From an uncultured cyanobacterium (lineage in GTDB: Bacteria > Cyanobacteriota > Cyanobacteriia > Cyanobacteriales > CAWCAG01), in the NCBI GenBank assembly GCA_963803805.1, contig CAWDOD010000006.1, positions 224,001 through 288,000 on the forward strand: 64,000 bases of DNA. Direction: 5' to 3'. The position numbers and the translations under genes were made by a program. The number at the start of each line of letters is the position of its first letter. Within the stretch, counting starts at the first letter, position 1. The notes beneath the pieces are model-generated. The model searched no databases. It was not told the origin of the DNA and saw only the letters and a program-made list of their open reading frames with translations. Positions 62,029 through 64,000 of this stretch are shown here, piece by piece.

Positions 62029-62766
62029 TTAGCCATTAGCACCACTCCTATTTTTGACTCTCTCCCAAACCTCTTGATAAGCAGATTCTACTTGACCGAG
62101 ATCGCGACGGAACCTATCTTTATCCATGACCCTAGCTTGGGGATCTTCTTCCCCTTGTTGCCATAGACGACAAGTGTCTGGACTAATTTCGTCTGCTAGT
62201 AACAATTTCCCTTGGGAGTCCCAGCCAAATTCCAATTTGAAATCGACTAAGGTTATTTGGCAACCTTGAAAGAACTCTTGAAGATGTTGATTAATTGTTA
62301 AAGCCATAGTCTTGAGTTGTTCTAACTGTTCGGAAGTTACTAGTTCCAAAAGCAGCAAGCGATCCCTTGTTAATAAAGGATCTCCTAAAGCGTCGTCTTT
62401 GAGATAAAACTCTACTAAGGGAGATAATAATACTTTGCCTAGTGACAATCCTGTTTGTTGACAGAGACTACCTGCTGCAATGTTCCTAACCACAACTTCT
62501 AACTGAATAATTTTTACAGCCCGAACTAGCATTTTGTTAGGGGAAACTTGTTCAAGATAGTGAGTAGGAATGCCCTTTCCTTCAAGATATTTGAACAAAA
62601 CCGCAGAAGTAGAGCAGTTGACTTCCCCTTTACCGCGAATTTGTCCTTTTTTCTGAGCATTGAACGCCGTAGCATCATCTTTGAAAAAAGTTAGCAGAAT
62701 TTCTGGCTCTTCAGTAGAGTAGATGATTTTGGCTTTGCCTTCATAAAGTTTTTTTGCTGGTGACAT
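62029..62766 (-). CDS. purC: SAICAR synthetase
   Basis: LYEGKAK, FKDDATAFN, LVDFKLEFG, LADEISPDTCR and DKDRFR. Confidence 0.97.
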   Translation of the reverse strand: MSPAKKLYEGKAKIIYSTEEPEILLTFFKDDATAFNAQKKGQIRGKGEVNCSTSAVLFKYLEGKGIPTHYLEQVSPNKMLVRAVKIIQLEVVVRNIAAGSLCQQTGLSLGKVLLSPLVEFYLKDDALGDPLLTRDRLLLLELVTSEQLEQLKTMALTINQHLQEFFQGCQITLVDFKLEFGWDSQGKLLLADEISPDTCRLWQQGEEDPQARVMDKDRFRRDLGQVESAYQEVWERVKNRSGANG

Positions 62767-62866
62767 AAAATAAATACTGCTTCAGACAATCTGTATGATT
62801 ATCGCTCTTCGCGACTGGCTGTAATGCTATGGGTTTAATCTCCTTCTCTAGACTTATTGTCATTTT

Positions 62867-62896
62867 TGGTTAAGGCTAGGTTAAGATAAGTATAAG
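62867..62896 (-). promoter_or_regulatory. Candidate Pho box (SphR/PhoB-type 11-bp-periodic repeats)
   Basis: Minus strand reads CTTATACT-tat-CTTAACCT-agc-CTTAACCA, 100 bp upstream of purC. Confidence 0.45.
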
Positions 62897-63097
62897 TTGA
62901 GTATTTAACCTCAAGTTAAGCGTTTGCAATATTAAGCTCTAACCTGTACTTGTTTCTTGTCGTAGCTATCTTACAGCTAGTCTGCTCCTCGATCACAAAA
63001 TAGCGATCGCAATTAGGTTATAAAGGTTGATAAGACACTCTATTCACAAAAAAATAGACTAAGAACTTTTATATAAATTAAATAAGGAGATTTTAGT

Positions 63098-63349
63098 ATG
63101 ACTAAAAGAACTAATAAATATAATTTCTTCAATCCTCGTAGTCGTTATTACGGTCAAGTTAAACCAGAAAATTTAGTATTCAATGCTAATTTACAAGAGT
63201 TTTCTCAGCAAGTGAATGTGATTTGCAGCTTGGAAACAGGAGGAAAAATTTCCCCTGAAGAGTCTTACAAACAAATTAAGGGACTGTGGAAAGAGCTTAA
63301 GCGGACTAAGAAGCAATTGGGAATTGGACAAGAACCATTTCAACAATGA
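63098..63349 (+). CDS. Conserved small cyanobacterial protein (NANLQEF family)
   Basis: YYGQVKPENLVFNANLQEFSQ and CSLETGGKISPEESY; AAGGAG upstream. Confidence 0.85.
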   Translation: MTKRTNKYNFFNPRSRYYGQVKPENLVFNANLQEFSQQVNVICSLETGGKISPEESYKQIKGLWKELKRTKKQLGIGQEPFQQ

Positions 63350-63402
63350 TGCCTAACGGCAACGGCAAGCTGAACAGTTAATTGATGATGAATAATTCGG
63401 TT

Positions 63403-63461
63403 TTAGGGGCGACCCGTTTTCCGAGTATGATCGACAAACTAAGCTTTAAACTGGGTCGCCC
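63403..63461 (+). repeat. ~55-bp inverted-repeat element, copy C
   Basis: TTAG + GGGCGACCC (63407-63415) ... GGGTCGCCC (63453-63461). Confidence 0.8.
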
Positions 63462-63471
63462 GTCTTATTTG

Positions 63472-64000
63472 CTATTTTCTTGTCCGCAAAACTCTTAGTA
63501 GTTTGGTAAAATCTGTGGGTAAAGGAGCGATCGCTTCTAACCATTCTCCAGAAATCGGGTGAAACAAACCCAGCTTCTGGGCGTGAAGTGCTTGTCCTGA
63601 AAGGTTAACTCCTACATAACTACCAGAACCGTAAACTGGATCTCCCACTAAAGGATGCCCTGTATGGGTAGTATGGACTCTAATTTGATGAGTACGCCCC
63701 GTCTCTAAGCGAAACTTCATCAAGGTATAGTTCCCCAACCTTTCTACCACTTGCCAGTGAGTTACAGCTCTCCTCGCTCCCTTTTCTAAAGGTAGAATAG
63801 CCATCTTTTTGCGATTGATTAAATGCCGACCAACAGGCAAGTCAATTGTGCCACTTTCACCTTTAATAGAGCCATGAAGAACACCAAGATACTCTCTAAG
63901 GGCAATTTTATCCTTAATTTGCTTTTGTAGGCTTTGGTGAGCCTGATCAGTCTTGGCCACCACCAAAACTCCACTGGTATCCTTATCAAGGCGATGAACT
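63472..64000 (-). CDS. RluA/RluD-family pseudouridine synthase, 3' part only; start is beyond the window end
   Basis: VHRLDKDTSG at the window edge, LETGRTHQIRVH, VGDPVYG and QALHA. Confidence 0.93.
   Translation of the reverse strand, partial: VHRLDKDTSGVLVVAKTDQAHQSLQKQIKDKIALREYLGVLHGSIKGESGTIDLPVGRHLINRKKMAILPLEKGARRAVTHWQVVERLGNYTLMKFRLETGRTHQIRVHTTHTGHPLVGDPVYGSGSYVGVNLSGQALHAQKLGLFHPISGEWLEAIAPLPTDFTKLLRVLRTRK

Larger units (their letters stand above)
1709..63534. repeat. Dispersed HIP1 octamers (GCGATCGC), roughly 25 copies by eye
   Basis: Examples at 1709, 24721, 34071, 44971, 63003 and 63527. Confidence 0.9.

Overview
Chromosomal window from a low-GC cyanobacterium: many HIP1 GCGATCGC octamers, ccmS, a PSII S4-domain gene and cyanobacterial heptamer repeats. 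Housekeeping genes include metK, serA, prmA, speB, pyrH-frr, purC-bamA-lpxC-fabZ-lpxA-lpxB and a partial RluA-family gene. Accessory and signalling loci: (i) an exported TpsA-like protein, TPR-CHAT protease and DUF928 protein in a row, the DUF928 protein carrying five 22-aa GG(A/G)SR(G/S) cassettes, with a CHASE2 histidine kinase and a TpsB transporter elsewhere in the window; (ii) a coupled pair of membrane-anchored STAND/AAA-like NTPases, one with a 19-unit, three-variant 12-bp glycine-zipper array; (iii) an intact IS982-family element with terminal inverted repeats and a 6-bp target duplication; (iv) several families of small intergenic repeats, including ~56-bp GTAG-type elements; (v) a 31-aa membrane micro-protein missed by the ORF track; (vi) a candidate Pho box upstream of purC. 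Five genes are broken by single-base indels or one in-frame stop, which looks like long-read assembly error rather than true pseudogenisation. No rRNA, tRNA or CRISPR array was recognised. All product calls come from motif recognition by eye, not database searches.
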